DNA from: Chlorokybus atmophyticus
Lineage: Eukaryota; Plantae; Mesostigma and Chlorokybus algae
Reading direction: 5' to 3'
Length of the DNA stretch: 64,000 nt
Assembly (NCBI GenBank): GCA_009103225.1
Contig: RHPI01003762.1
Span: 151,586 to 215,585 of the forward strand
Shown here: positions 11,837 to 23,161 of the stretch, one piece after another
Numbering within the stretch: position 1 is the stretch's first letter
How the letters are laid out: each line of letters opens with the position of its first letter
Program-made: the position numbers and the translations under genes
Notes under the pieces: model-generated
What the model was told of the DNA's origin: nothing
What the model saw: only the letters and a program-made list of their open reading frames with translations
The model's database searches: none

Positions 11837-14800
11837 CTCTTTGCTCAAGTAAGTGTAGTTGCAGGCTGTACAACAGCATCGCAATCTGTAGTTGTACACA
11901 TCACAGTGCAGTGTTGTCACCGTCATCGCATAGCGCGCACAAGCGCTAGTGTGTTGGGTGATAGCAGCACTGGAGATCCCATTGTAGAGCACAAACACTC
12001 TACCCTTCATCCACTTTCACCATCGCATCAGCTGTATGAGCAGGCCCACCCCTTTCTCGCCAATAGAAGAAGGGGACCTCAACAGCTGGAGCCCAACCTC
12101 CAACCTTACCTACGAGCGCGCAAGTGAAGGGAGCGATTACCGTAGCAGCAGAGGCTCACGCCCCGTCTCCGGCTTCACCTCCTCTCACTCCACTCCTCGT
12201 CAACGAGCATCTCCACCACCGTCGGACAGTGACGACGAAGAGATGGAGCCTTTCAGCTCAACTAACTCCCTACGCTTCTCCGGACGCCCTGGCACCACCT
12301 CACTTGACGAGTTCATCATCAAGTTCCACTCCAAGATGCGGCAGCAGACCCTCAAGAGCAAGGACTGGACAGATGAGGTATCGTTTCATGTGTCCGCTTA
12401 ATACCTTAATCACGAAGCACATAATGTGTGGAAGTCCGCCGCTGAGTTGCACAGGATTGATGGCTATGGCGAGTTGGCCAGCACAATAGCCGCCACATCA
12501 CTGCACAGCCCATCGGTTACTGTCCCTGTAGCAGCGGCCCCGCCCACTTCAGTCACGGGTCTCACTCTAGCTGCAGCCATGGAGAAGGCAGAGAATGAAG
12601 AAGTTGAGGTGGTAGTGGCCTCATTGACTCCTGCAGAGATCGAAAGCAAGAAGGCCGAGCGCCGGATCAGGATACTCAACCGCACCGCTGCCATCATCAG
12701 GGAGCAACAAGAGGAGCAGCAAGCTGCAGCATTGGAGATGGGTACGCCCCTTCTACCAACACCGAACTCGCGTGCTCCAGCGGGAGGCAGTGTTTTCACC
12801 CTCGGTTCAGTGGCATTGCGTGCACCCGCGCTCACGGTGGGCGCGGCCATGTCGAACTCCCCGTCGAAGGACCTCTACGCCGCACTCCGGCGCACCTTCC
12901 CACCTCAAACCAACAGTAAGGTGGAGGAGTTGAGGTGTTTTCGACGGAAGCCCCACGAGGACCCTCTCCGACTGTATTCACGGTTGGAAGGGTTGCTTAA
13001 AGACACTGACTACAAGATCGTCAGTGAGGAGGCGGCAGCAGTGGTGTATGTGGCCGAGTTGGATCCCACCCTGAGTGAGTCAACGCGCCTGACGCTGAAC
13101 TACAGCAGGCCCCTCGGCTACACCCTCAAGGAAGCTTTCGAGACTGCACAAGCCATCCATAAGCGTGCAGTGTATGAGAAAGCGGTGCTGGACACCAACC
13201 GCAGTGCCTCACGGCCTGTGGCAGGCACAAGTGCGGAGCCTCTTCGGCGGGACCGCAGCCGCGAGCCGCAAGGCATCCATTACAAGGATAAACGGTCAGC
13301 TCATGCTGCCCTTGTGGCTCCAGTGCTGTGCCACCGGTGTGGTCGACATGGCCACTACCAAAAAGAGTGCACCGAAGATTACGGCAACCTTGTGTGCGAC
13401 CACTGCCACAAGACGGGACACTTGGAGACAGTATGCTGGCTCAAATTCTCTGAGCTGCGGCCCTCTACTGGCTACAACCACGGCAACAACGCTGTTGGCT
13501 ACCGCGGCAACAACGGGGGCTACAACAACAGCAACCACGCTGGCGGCTACAACAACAGCAACAACGCTGGTGGTCGCAACAACGGCAACAACGCTGGTGG
13601 CCACAGCCCCAACAACAACAACAACGCTGGCGCCCGCAAGGAAGAAGCTGGCTATAAAGGAAAAAACCGCCCTCCACAGCACAAAGGACTTGAGGGACGT
13701 CCTCGCGCTGGAGCTGCTGCTGTAAAGGCACCAACTAATCCATTGGCTATTGACCAAGTGGCAGCCCTGATGGCGCGCGTGGCACAGCTAGAGGAGAACA
13801 AGGAGCAGGACTATCAAGCATGCTATGCTGCTAGGTGGGCACTGATGGCACCGAAACGGGATAGGGACACTCCCACGCCGTCACGCGTACAACCATCCAG
13901 ACGGGCGCGCAGGGAAGCTGGCGCGTCGTCAACAGCGGCATCGTCGGACGCCACAAGTGGTGCTGCCTCGGCAGCCACAACCACCGCTGGGACGACGCCG
14001 TCGACGACACCGTCGGCGTCCACACCGACCACGACAGCAGGTGTCAGCACCCTTGGCACCACGCTGTCCCCGGTGATGGGGAGCACCCACGCCGCAACAA
14101 CCATGGTCGTTGCGTTCGTAAGTGGTGAATCCACCACTCCTGCCTCCATCGAAGCGCCCACATCAACCGCAACTGCTGCCACCCTCACAGCCGCCACCTC
14201 AGTAACGACGACTGCTGCAGGTGCCACCACCATCGCCTCCAGTAGTGCTGCCATACCCACTGCACCACTTCTTGAGGGACGAACGGCACCGCCACCAGCG
14301 TTGGACGTCACACAGCAAGTGCCACGCGGGCCACAAACAGAGCGCGCCTGGGTGTCGGTTCTACGCAACGTGGAACCCACCACCATTGCGTACGGACCAG
14401 GGGGGCAACGCACCACGCGCGTGGCACGCGATGATCGCATCTTGTCCCTACCACCTCCAGAGTACTACACGCTGCCGGAACCCACACAACAACAGCTGGA
14501 GGGTGAAATCCTCGCCGGCACTGCATCAGAGATGAGGGATCGTCTGTTTGGGGTCACCTACCGACGACCTGCGGTATTCGAGCTGGCCATCCAGTTGTTC
14601 CTGGCGTTACACGCACGATTGCAGAACGCACCCAGTCAAACGCAGCAACCCATGCCCGCTCAACAGATCAACTTGGAGCCCTCACCACTGGACCCACTCG
14701 GCCTCCAGCGACACAAACTGCAAGACCTCGTGGTCACCATGTCTGACATCGCGCTGGGCGCTGATCCCGCTCTCGGAGGGCTCACTCCAGGCAGTCGTCA

Positions 14801-16129
14801 AGAGCGTTTCTCTGCACTCGAACAGGCCCATCGTTATCGAATGGACCAAGCTGCTCAAGTGAACGCGCGCCGACAAGCGTACGAAGCAGCACACACCGTT
14901 ATCGTACCGACCGGAGCGCCAGCAAATGTCGCCAGCGCCTCTACGGCGCTGACCACAGCGTACTCCACGGCAACCGCCATCGAGCAGCCGGGACACGCAA
15001 CTGTTGCAGACTAAGCGAGGGCGTTGGCGCAACAATTGAGGGGGGTAATCGCCCCGCTGCTGCCTCTTTTGGTCGAAGACATGCCTGAGGATCAACGCGA
15101 TGCAGGGCGAGGGTACCTCACCCCGCAAGGGGACACCACACAGCGAGGAGGAGCTGGTATGGTGGGGGAGCAACAACTCTGTACCGCACTCATCCGGCAA
15201 GCAGTCATGTTGCACAGGCCTGAGGGCAACACATTAAGACAGATGATGGGGATGCAAGAAGGCAGCGCCGCTCGAGCCCGTCTCGTGACATGGCTCGTTG
15301 CCAATCACCCTGCTGTCCCCATGTTTGCCTTTGGCAACCGAGCATCATGGTTGGGGGCATTTGTTCGTTCGCTGCGACAAGCATACGACGAGGCTGCCAC
15401 CACAGCCCCGGACACGCTGGAGGGAGTGCAAGAGGCAATAATGCGGCTGCCAGGGGTGGAAGCCGCACGGCAACGGCGGCGCATCGCCATTGCTCATGAG
15501 CTACACGCACAGCAGACTGACCTCCAGCGCACCCTACGCGCTCGCGCCATGACCGTGCTTGATGTGGGAGTGGTACAAGGAAGGTGGGATGCCTACATGG
15601 CAGGGATCTTGCGAGTCCCCACCATCACTCACGACATGCGGCGACAGCTACTACGCGCCGTATACCTGCAGCCTATGCCTCAATATCATCATTAGACCGA
15701 CACGGTCACCGAGCCCACGGCCACGTGGGAAGGGACATTGGTCGGAGAAGCGGCTCATGCTGTTCGATGGACGTACGCCGCGGAGCAAGCTGAACGCGAG
15801 GCAGGCCCACAAACACCGGGTCCGCCAGGGTTTCCTCCACAACCATTGGGTACACCCGCGGGCATGATTCCAGCTTCGCAGAGGCGTCATCCACCTGCGC
15901 CGCCACCACAACCAGCGCCGGAACCTCCAGCACCGAGGCCCCCCCGTGTCTACCAACCACCACGACAAGGTCGGTTCGGCAGAGGGAGAGGGCAAGGAGG
16001 GGGTTCTCCGGACCCAGCAGGCAGAGGAGCTCTGGCTGCCATGCGCTCAGCACCGCCAGCTGAGACAACTGAGTCAGAGGTACAGACACCTCGTATGAAG
16101 AGGCTGCGTATCGACGCCAATGCTGCCAT

Positions 16130-16510
16130 GGTGGCCAACCAAGGCAAGCACGTTACCATCAACGATCTGGCACCCAAGCGAGTAATGTTGGACACCGGAG
16201 CACAGCCTGTCATCATTGGGCGCTTCCTCGCGCGGTCCCTAGGCATAACCAGCTCCGACTTGATGCCTTGCCCGTATGTGTTAGACACTGCCACAGGTAG
16301 CCGAGATAAGGTGATGGGAGTCACCAGGGAGGCCTTTTGCATTCGGTTGACAGGGCTGGACCCAACCCACACGACCGAGTTCGTCCAGCAATGTGTGGTC
16401 ACCAATGCCGGCTCCTTCGACTTTCTGCTTGGGCAGGACTTCAACTTCCCTGTGGGCATGGGCCTCGACTACCGGACAGAGCGAGCGTGGTTTCGGCCAC
16501 ATTGGGATGA
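16130..16510 (+). other. Aspartic protease domain, copy 1
   Basis: KRVMLDTGAQPVIIG...FDFLLGQDF. Confidence 0.85.
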
Positions 16511-16919
16511 GGATGACGGAGAGGTACAGGGTTTCCTGCCTCTCGAGTTGGTCTCGCGCACGCGCGCCCAACGCAAAATGGTTGCCATGGCCACACGCAG
16601 CCACGCCCGCACCCGGAAGGCTGTAATGGCCACATACGACGGCGCTCGGACGCAAGTCGCTGCTGGTGCCACGGCCCCGTGTGGAACCGGCGACTCCTCT
16701 CCCATCTCGTACAACGAGGAGCAGGAGGATGCCACCATGGAAGTAGCATTACAAGACCCAGCTGAACGGCGCTGGCGCGCACAGGTGGACGCACACATCT
16801 TGCTCAGCCATCCACTGATCACCACGCGCTTCCCAAACTACCGAAGCCACGTCAAGGTGCAGGACCGCCATATGGTGGCCACCGGAGTGGTGGAGTTCCA
16901 CACCTTTCGCAGGCAACAG

Positions 16920-17880
16920 GGCATCACACTGTTGGAGCTGTTTGGAGGCATTGGCAGTGGTCTTGCTGCGGTTCTCAACACAGGCGTGAAGGTTGTCCGA
17001 TACTATTATTGCGACCCAGACCCACACGCGCAAACGGTCCTCAAGCACCACTTACGCCAACTGCACGCCAGATATCCACGTCAACTACCCCTCTCGGCGT
17101 TGCAAGGCAGCCTCAAAGCATTGCCACAGGACATCCGGCTGATCACTGAAGATCACCTACTGTCCCTCGGCAACGTCGACCTGTTAATAGCTGGATGGGA
17201 ATGTCAAGGGCACTCCAGGGCAGGCAAGGGGCAAGGCCTCGAAAACCCTCGCTCCGGGCTGTTCTGGGAGCTGATGAGAATCATCCACCTCCTTCAACAC
17301 CACTAGATCTCCAGACCCCTGGGGTACGTCATCGAAAATGTGCATTCAGAGGACGACAAGCGTCCGCACGTGGCCTCCAGCTACCAACAAGTTTGCTCCA
17401 TTCTGGGGCACCCACTCAAGGTGAACGCGGCACGACATGGCTCGCGCGCACATCGTGTACGTGCCAAACGGACAAACTTGGCCACCGTGGAGGAACTCGT
17501 GACCGCCGAATACACACGCAGCGCTCGGCCGCGCAACATGCTGGTCGACAACATCCTTGACCCCGGCCGCACAGCACAACCTGTCCTGCGTCATGACCAC
17601 AACCACTTCTACCCGTGCAATCAGCCCGGTCAGCCCCGTCGCGCCCTCCCAACATTGGTGTTCTACCCGGGCTGCTACGCATTTCGGAACGGTGGTGACG
17701 GGATGGTGTTCGATACAACCACCAACAGGCTGGAAGAACCCAACGCACGCGAACGTGAACGCGCCATGGGATTCTTCCCCAACAGCATCACGGGCTCATC
17801 GCTGACGGACAGTCAGCAATGCCAGCTGCTTGGTCGCGCCATGGACCAAAACAGCATGGTATGGCTGCTGGAGCTGAGCT
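16920..17880 (+). other. C5 cytosine methyltransferase domain (DNMT3-like), copy 1
   Basis: Motif I ELFGGIG, IV LLIAGWECQGHS, VI ENV, VIII RAHRVR..TNL, IX ERERAMGF, X LLGRAM; one in-frame TAG at 17304-17306. Confidence 0.88.
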
Positions 17881-20800
17881 TCGCGTTGCAGGACCGCCAC
17901 GTGTCCTTCGAGGATCTCGAACACTTGGCTGGGGGGTGGGCTGATCGCGTGGCCGACACCAAGGCAGCTCACACAGCCCTCGAGGTGATCCATTTGGAGG
18001 AGCAAGCAGCAGTGACATGGCATTGACCCGTTGGCCACAGAAGACACTCGCGAGAAGCTGGAGGCTCTCCTCAACCAATGGAGGAGCCAATTCAGCTTCA
18101 ATGTGAAGGAATTGGGTACATGCTCAGTGTACCAGATGGACATCGAGCTGGTGGACACTGAGCCGGTGTTCCGACGACAATACAGGCTCTCCAAGTTGGA
18201 AGAAGACTTGGTGGAACAGAGATGTAAGGCGCTGCTGGATGCAGGCCTTATCGAAGAGTCCACATCGGACTTCGCAGCAGCAACCGTCATGCCACTGAAG
18301 AAGGATTCAGCAGGCAACTGGACAGAGCGACGCATGTGCGGCGACTATCGCCCCCTCAACAAGACCAAGCAAGACCGGTACCCCATGCCCACAGCAGAGG
18401 GTATTTTTTATGATGTGGGAGACTGCACAGTCTTCAGCATCCTGGACATGCGTCAGGGGTACAACCAAATCGCCATCAAGGACGAGGACAAGCACAAGAC
18501 CTCCTTCTGGGGCAACCGACAGTTGTACCAATGGAAGGTAATGCCGTTCGGGCTGAAGAATGCCCCCGCCAAGTTTCAACGCGTCATGGACAAAGCCTTG
18601 AAGGGGCTGGACTGCGCGCGGTGCTACATCGATGACATCCTCATCTTCAGCCGCAGCAACGAGGAGCATCTTCAACACATCGAAGCGGTGCTAAAACGAC
18701 TCAAGGGAGTGGGGATGACCGTACACCCCGACAAGTGTATCTTCTTCACCCACAAGGTGCCATACTTAGGGCACATGATTGTGCCCCATGGTGTGTATGT
18801 GCAGCAGGCAAAAGTAGAGGCTCTGGCAGCTATCCCTGCCCCGACAGACCTCACACGCCTGCGCGCTTTCTTGAGACTTGCCAACTACTATCGCCGGTTC
18901 GTGAAGGACTTCGCAAAGATCGCAAGGCCCCTCAACGAGCTACTGAAGAAGGAGGTGGACTTCGCGTGGAAGGAGCCGCAACAGCAGGCCTTCGAGGAGC
19001 CGAAGAGCAGACTCACCAGCGCTCCCATCCTTCAACGTCCGGACTACGCCAAGCCTTTCATCCTTCACACCGACTGGAGCAAGCTGGGGATGGGAGCGGT
19101 GCTGGTGCAGCACGATGAGAACAAGAAGGAGCGGGTGGTGTCATACGCCAGCCGAAGCAACAACAGCGCCGAGGCCAACTACAGCAGCTACGAAGGGGAG
19201 TGCCTCGCTGCAGTGTGGAGTGTGGGCCATCTCCTTCTTCCAACTTTTCCTCTTTGGTCGACAGTTCCAACTGATCACCGATCATCAGCCCCTCAAGTGG
19301 CTGATGACCAACCAACATCTGACAGGGAAACTTGCTCGATGGGCCATGCTGTTACAGGAATACGACTTCGAGATTGACCACCGCGCTGGCCTCACCAACT
19401 AAGACGCCGATGGCCTCAGTCGCAACCCTCACCTCAGCACCAACGACGCAACTGGAGCGCGGCATGAGCTCATCTCGGCAGCAACAGCCCCCACCATGGC
19501 AGCCGTGTTTGCTGCTGCCGCGTTGCGCTGAGGGCGCAAGACCAACACCACGGCCTCAGTAGCGGTAGAGGCGATTCCTGCCCTTGAGTCTACCGACCCT
19601 GCGGCAACCACACCCTTGGAAGACGCCCACGCAGCCGACATTGATGTCGGTGACACAGAGCTGGCGCCCACCGACACCAGGCAGGCCATATGGCATGACA
19701 AGCCGTCACTCTCCTTCCTTCAAAGTGGCCATCTTCCCTCCGGCATGAGCGTTCGAGAGAAGGACCGGGTCAACCAACGCACCCGTCACTATCGATGGGC
19801 AGGTGACAATCTGTATCGCCGCTTCCACGACGAAGACAAGGAAGTGCTGACACCAGTCACGCGCGCGGGCATCATCACTTCCCTCCACACTGAGCTTGGA
19901 CACTTCGGTGTCAAGCGTACAGTCAGCCTGGTGAGGGCACAATATTGGTGGTATGGATTCACAAAACAGGTGCGAAGGTTCGTCAGCCACTGCCAGCAGT
20001 GTGACATGGTGCGCGCCAGCCTCAACACGCGTAGCGCCACCTTGCACCCACTTCCCATCTCCGGTCTCTTTTACCGATGGGGACTCGACATCTTGGGGGA
20101 CTTGGCACCCTCGGCACGTGGCAACCGTTACATCCTGATCATGATCGAGCACTTCTCCAAATGGGTGGAGCTGGTGCCATTGCCCGACAAGAGCAGCAGG
20201 GGGGTGTCTCAAGCCTTCCTCTCTCACGTTCTCAGCCGTTCGGCAGCTGCGCCGAGGTCATCACTGACCAAGGTACTGAGTTCAGAGGGGAATTCGACAC
20301 CCTCTTGGACAAATGTTACATCGACCACCGCCGTACCTCGCGTGATCACCCTCAAGCCGACGGCCTCGCCGAACGTACAGTACAGACCATCAAGAAGGCA
20401 CTCCGCAAATACGTGCTGGAGTACGAGAAGAACACTTGGGATGACCACCTCCCGTGGGTGGCCCTTGGATATCAATTGTCAAAGCAGGCGGCTCTGCGGG
20501 AGTACAGCCCGTACTACCTGCTGTTCGGGCGACCACCAATGCTCCCCTTCCGTGCGCAGCAGGAGGTGCATCGCGTCGTGAACAACCTCGACGACCCTGA
20601 CTGGATGCACCACGACATCACCACGCGCGCCGCGCTTTTCGAGCGCACCGTCCCCATGGCCTTCAACAACCTGCGCATCGCGCAGCATCGCGACACGCTG
20701 CGCTACGAGCGTGTACGCAGCGGCTTCTACAAGGAGCGCCAACGGCGGTTCCAAGCGGGGGACTTTGCCTATCGCATGGCAGCCACCAAAGACACACTTG

Positions 20801-20982
20801 ACACCTCCGTAGGCCGCACCGTCTACAAGGTACTCAAAGTGTACCCCACAGGGGTGCTGGACCTCCTTGGTCAGAATAGAGAGAGGTTGAAGGACAATAT
20901 GGTGAACTGTGCGCCATGTCACCTTCCTTACGTGGCCGGCTTCGGGCGTATCCAGCACCCTCGTCCCGCGCGCAGCACACGC

Positions 20983-21119
20983 TGTGAACACTGCGGCAGC
21001 GCTGGCGACGACGCACTCATGATGCTCTGCGATGGCTGCAACCAAGGCCTGCATTGCTACTGCCTGGAGCCACCTTTGGACACGATACACCTATGGAAGA
21101 ATATTGGTGCGACGACTGC
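20983..21119 (+). other. PHD finger at integrase C-terminus, copy 1
   Basis: CEHC..MLCDGC..HCYC..(frameshift)WCDDC is a C4HC3 pattern. Confidence 0.88.
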
Positions 21120-21186
21120 CGTACCAACGGCCCTCCTTACTTGCGTTAGCAGCTGAGCTCTGGAGCTGGAACCTTCCCGAGAGCCC

Positions 21187-21194
21187 AAGGGGGG
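21187..21194 (+). other. Polypurine tract before B1
   Basis: AAGGGGGG just upstream of TGGCTTGTTGAC; a G12 run occupies the same position in copy 2 (29593-29604). Confidence 0.7.
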
Positions 21195-21199
21195 TGGCT

Positions 21200-22272
21200 T
21201 GTTGACGTTGTATGCTACAGCACAGCATGTTCTTAGGGAGAACACCGACTCCATCTGCCCGTACTACCCAGCAGCAGCACACCAGCTGCACGAAGCACTT
21301 GTCACCATGAGGGTGGAGGTCATCTTTCTGTTTTTGCTACGCGTTACACAGGTGGCGCAGCAGCATGTCCAGCACAGCATGGCTGTCCATGCAGCTGTCC
21401 GAGACAGCGTGACCCTCGACTCCCCTCGACCCGACAGCTGTCATGCTTATCGCCCAAGCATGCCAGTCATCATCGGGCATGCCTACAGCGAGACCCTCGC
21501 CCGGCTTACCAGCATGGCAACCCGCGCGCGTCTCTGACCAGTAGGTAGGTCATGTCTCGAGAGTAGCTCGTGACCATAGCCTACATAGGCACCGCGCGTA
21601 GCTGTTCAGTTGTGAGTTCAGTTATAAGTCAGGTTCTATATCGAGTGGGAATTTCCTGTGGAAATAGCCTCGATATGACCGTTAGCTTATGTTCTGAACA
21701 GTCATGAGTTGACTTGTATAAGTAGGCACAGTGTTCACCGGATCAGCTGGTGACACTGTAAGTGAGAAAGCTAAGAGCTTGTGAAGCGACTTGAACTACG
21801 AAACACACCGTCCTGGTTTCCAAGAATCCCCTCATCGTGTGAGAGCCTGTGCATGTTCTTGTGCACTGTGCTTGTCCGTGCTGTGAGCTTTGTGTACTTG
21901 GTCGCGGTGTGCTTGTTGGCATCAGTCAGGGCATAGCATCCACGTGTTGCTTGTTCATTCACCTCACTTAACAGTGTAATTTCTCTTCCACTCACGCAAA
22001 GAACTGTGTAAACAGCACTACCTATCGTAGTGGCTTGTTGACGTTGTATGCTACAGCACAGCATGTTCTTAGGGAGAACACCGACTCCATCTGCCCGTAC
22101 TACCCAGCAGCAGCACACCAGCTGCACGAAGCACTTGTCACCATGAGGGTGGAGGTCATCTTTCTGTTTTTGCTACGCGTTACACAGGTGGCGCAGCAGC
22201 ATATCCAGCACAGCATGGCTGTCCATGCAGCTGTCCGAGTCAGCGTGACCCTCGACTCCCTCCGACCCGACA
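21200..22272 (+). repeat. 3' repeat block B1-gc-A2-B2, copy 1
   Basis: B1 21200-21436 matches B2 22036-22272 (237 bp each); A2 21439-22042 matches A1. Confidence 0.95.
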
Positions 22273-22276
22273 TTGT

Positions 22277-22680
22277 GCAGCGGCAGTGGCGGCGGTGATA
22301 GTGGCGGCGGCGGCAACGGCTAACAGTAAGCAAGTTTGCTTGGTGCTGTAACGTTATGTTATGCGCAACAGCGCATGCAGCCTAACCGCCCTTCTAATCT
22401 AAGGGCGGCTAGGCCAGGCCAGGCCAGGCCAGGCTAGGCTAGGTCAGGCCAGGCGGCGGCGGTGGTATATGGCAAGCAACAACATGTGTATGTAAGTTGT
22501 CACACTGTGAGCATTGGTGTGGATGTTGTTGTTGATGGCGCTGATGTGATTGACTTGTGCTTGCAGGAGCGGCGGTGGACAAGGAGCGGCGGCGGAGGTG
22601 GAGCGCAGGAGCGGCAGCTTAGTATAGGACCTTGGATTAGGGTGGTAGTAGTAGTAGTAGTAGCAGCAGCAGTAGTAGCC
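22277..22680. repeat. Microsatellite-rich stretch: GGC-rich, (AGGCC/AGGCT)n, (GTA/GCA)n
   Basis: Visible simple repeats near 22277-22320, 22410-22455 and 22643-22680. Confidence 0.8.
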
Positions 22681-23161
22681 GCTCACAGTAGTTCGTGTTG
22701 TAGCATAATACAAATACGACTTGCAACGCATGTAATATATTACTTTATGATTATATTGCATCATTGTTGACGACACTCGCGTGAGGTATTCAATCATGAC
22801 TGAACGGTACCCAACAGGTACCTTTGAAGGTACCCTTCAGTAACGACAGGTACCATGAGGTACCTGTCAGTTACAACTAATTAGTGTACAGTCGCCGGTA
22901 CCCAACTATTAGATACTGGTTAGTTACTTGTCAGTTAGGGTAAGTCCGTTTTGCTGGACTGATGGGTATCCTACAAGTACCTGTCAGTTAGAGTTAGTCC
23001 CTTTATGCAGACGATCGTCAACGGATGGTAACGGCTGCTATGCTCAGGCCCTTGTATCGAGATCGCTAGCAGACTGAACAACAACAGTATGACTAGAGTA
23101 TCCTCACATCCACGACCGTCCTATATATTTAGTCGGCCGTCTGGGGTAACATTTTGCGACG

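Larger units (their letters stand above)
12036..21149 (+). pseudogene. Polyprotein Gag-unknown domain-protease-C5 DNA methyltransferase-RT-RNase H-integrase-PHD, broken by stops and frameshifts
   Basis: ORFs at 12036, 12426, 15024, 15738 and 17340 share one frame; zinc knuckles CHRCGRHGHYQKEC and CDHCHKTGHLETVC; MLDTGA; ELFGGIG; RRMCGDYRPLN, MPFGLKNAP, YIDDILIFS; LHTDWSKLGMGAVL; HTELGHFG..CQQC, WGLDILG, QADGLAERTVQ; C-terminal PHD. Confidence 0.92.
11220..22272 (+). mobile_element. DNMT/PHD-encoding Gypsy-like retrotransposon with split direct repeats, copy 1
   Basis: TGTCA...CGACA termini; 4-bp TSD TTGT at 11216-11219 and 22273-22276; A1 11220-11823, B1 21200-21436, A2 21439-22042, B2 22036-22272. 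Confidence 0.93.
10533..23161. mobile_element. Non-autonomous TIR DNA transposon (~1.57 kb net) split by the DNMT retroelement
   Basis: Ends CGTCGCA...TGCGACG with imperfect ~25-bp TIRs; GA duplicated at 10531-10532 and 23162-23163; removing it restores the DIRS RNase H frame HQLWSLCWERDIAL. Confidence 0.75.

Noticed and set aside
16920-17880. Bacterial restriction-modification methylase or contamination
   Set aside because: The domain is in frame within a retrotransposon polyprotein, there is no endonuclease partner, and the context is eukaryotic
11220-22272. Reading the A/B repeats as a 5'-truncated LTR element plus a solo LTR, or as an assembly duplication
   Set aside because: A matching 4-bp TSD brackets the whole A..B-A-B unit in two independent, diverged copies, and the empty site of copy 2 is visible in the sister LTR
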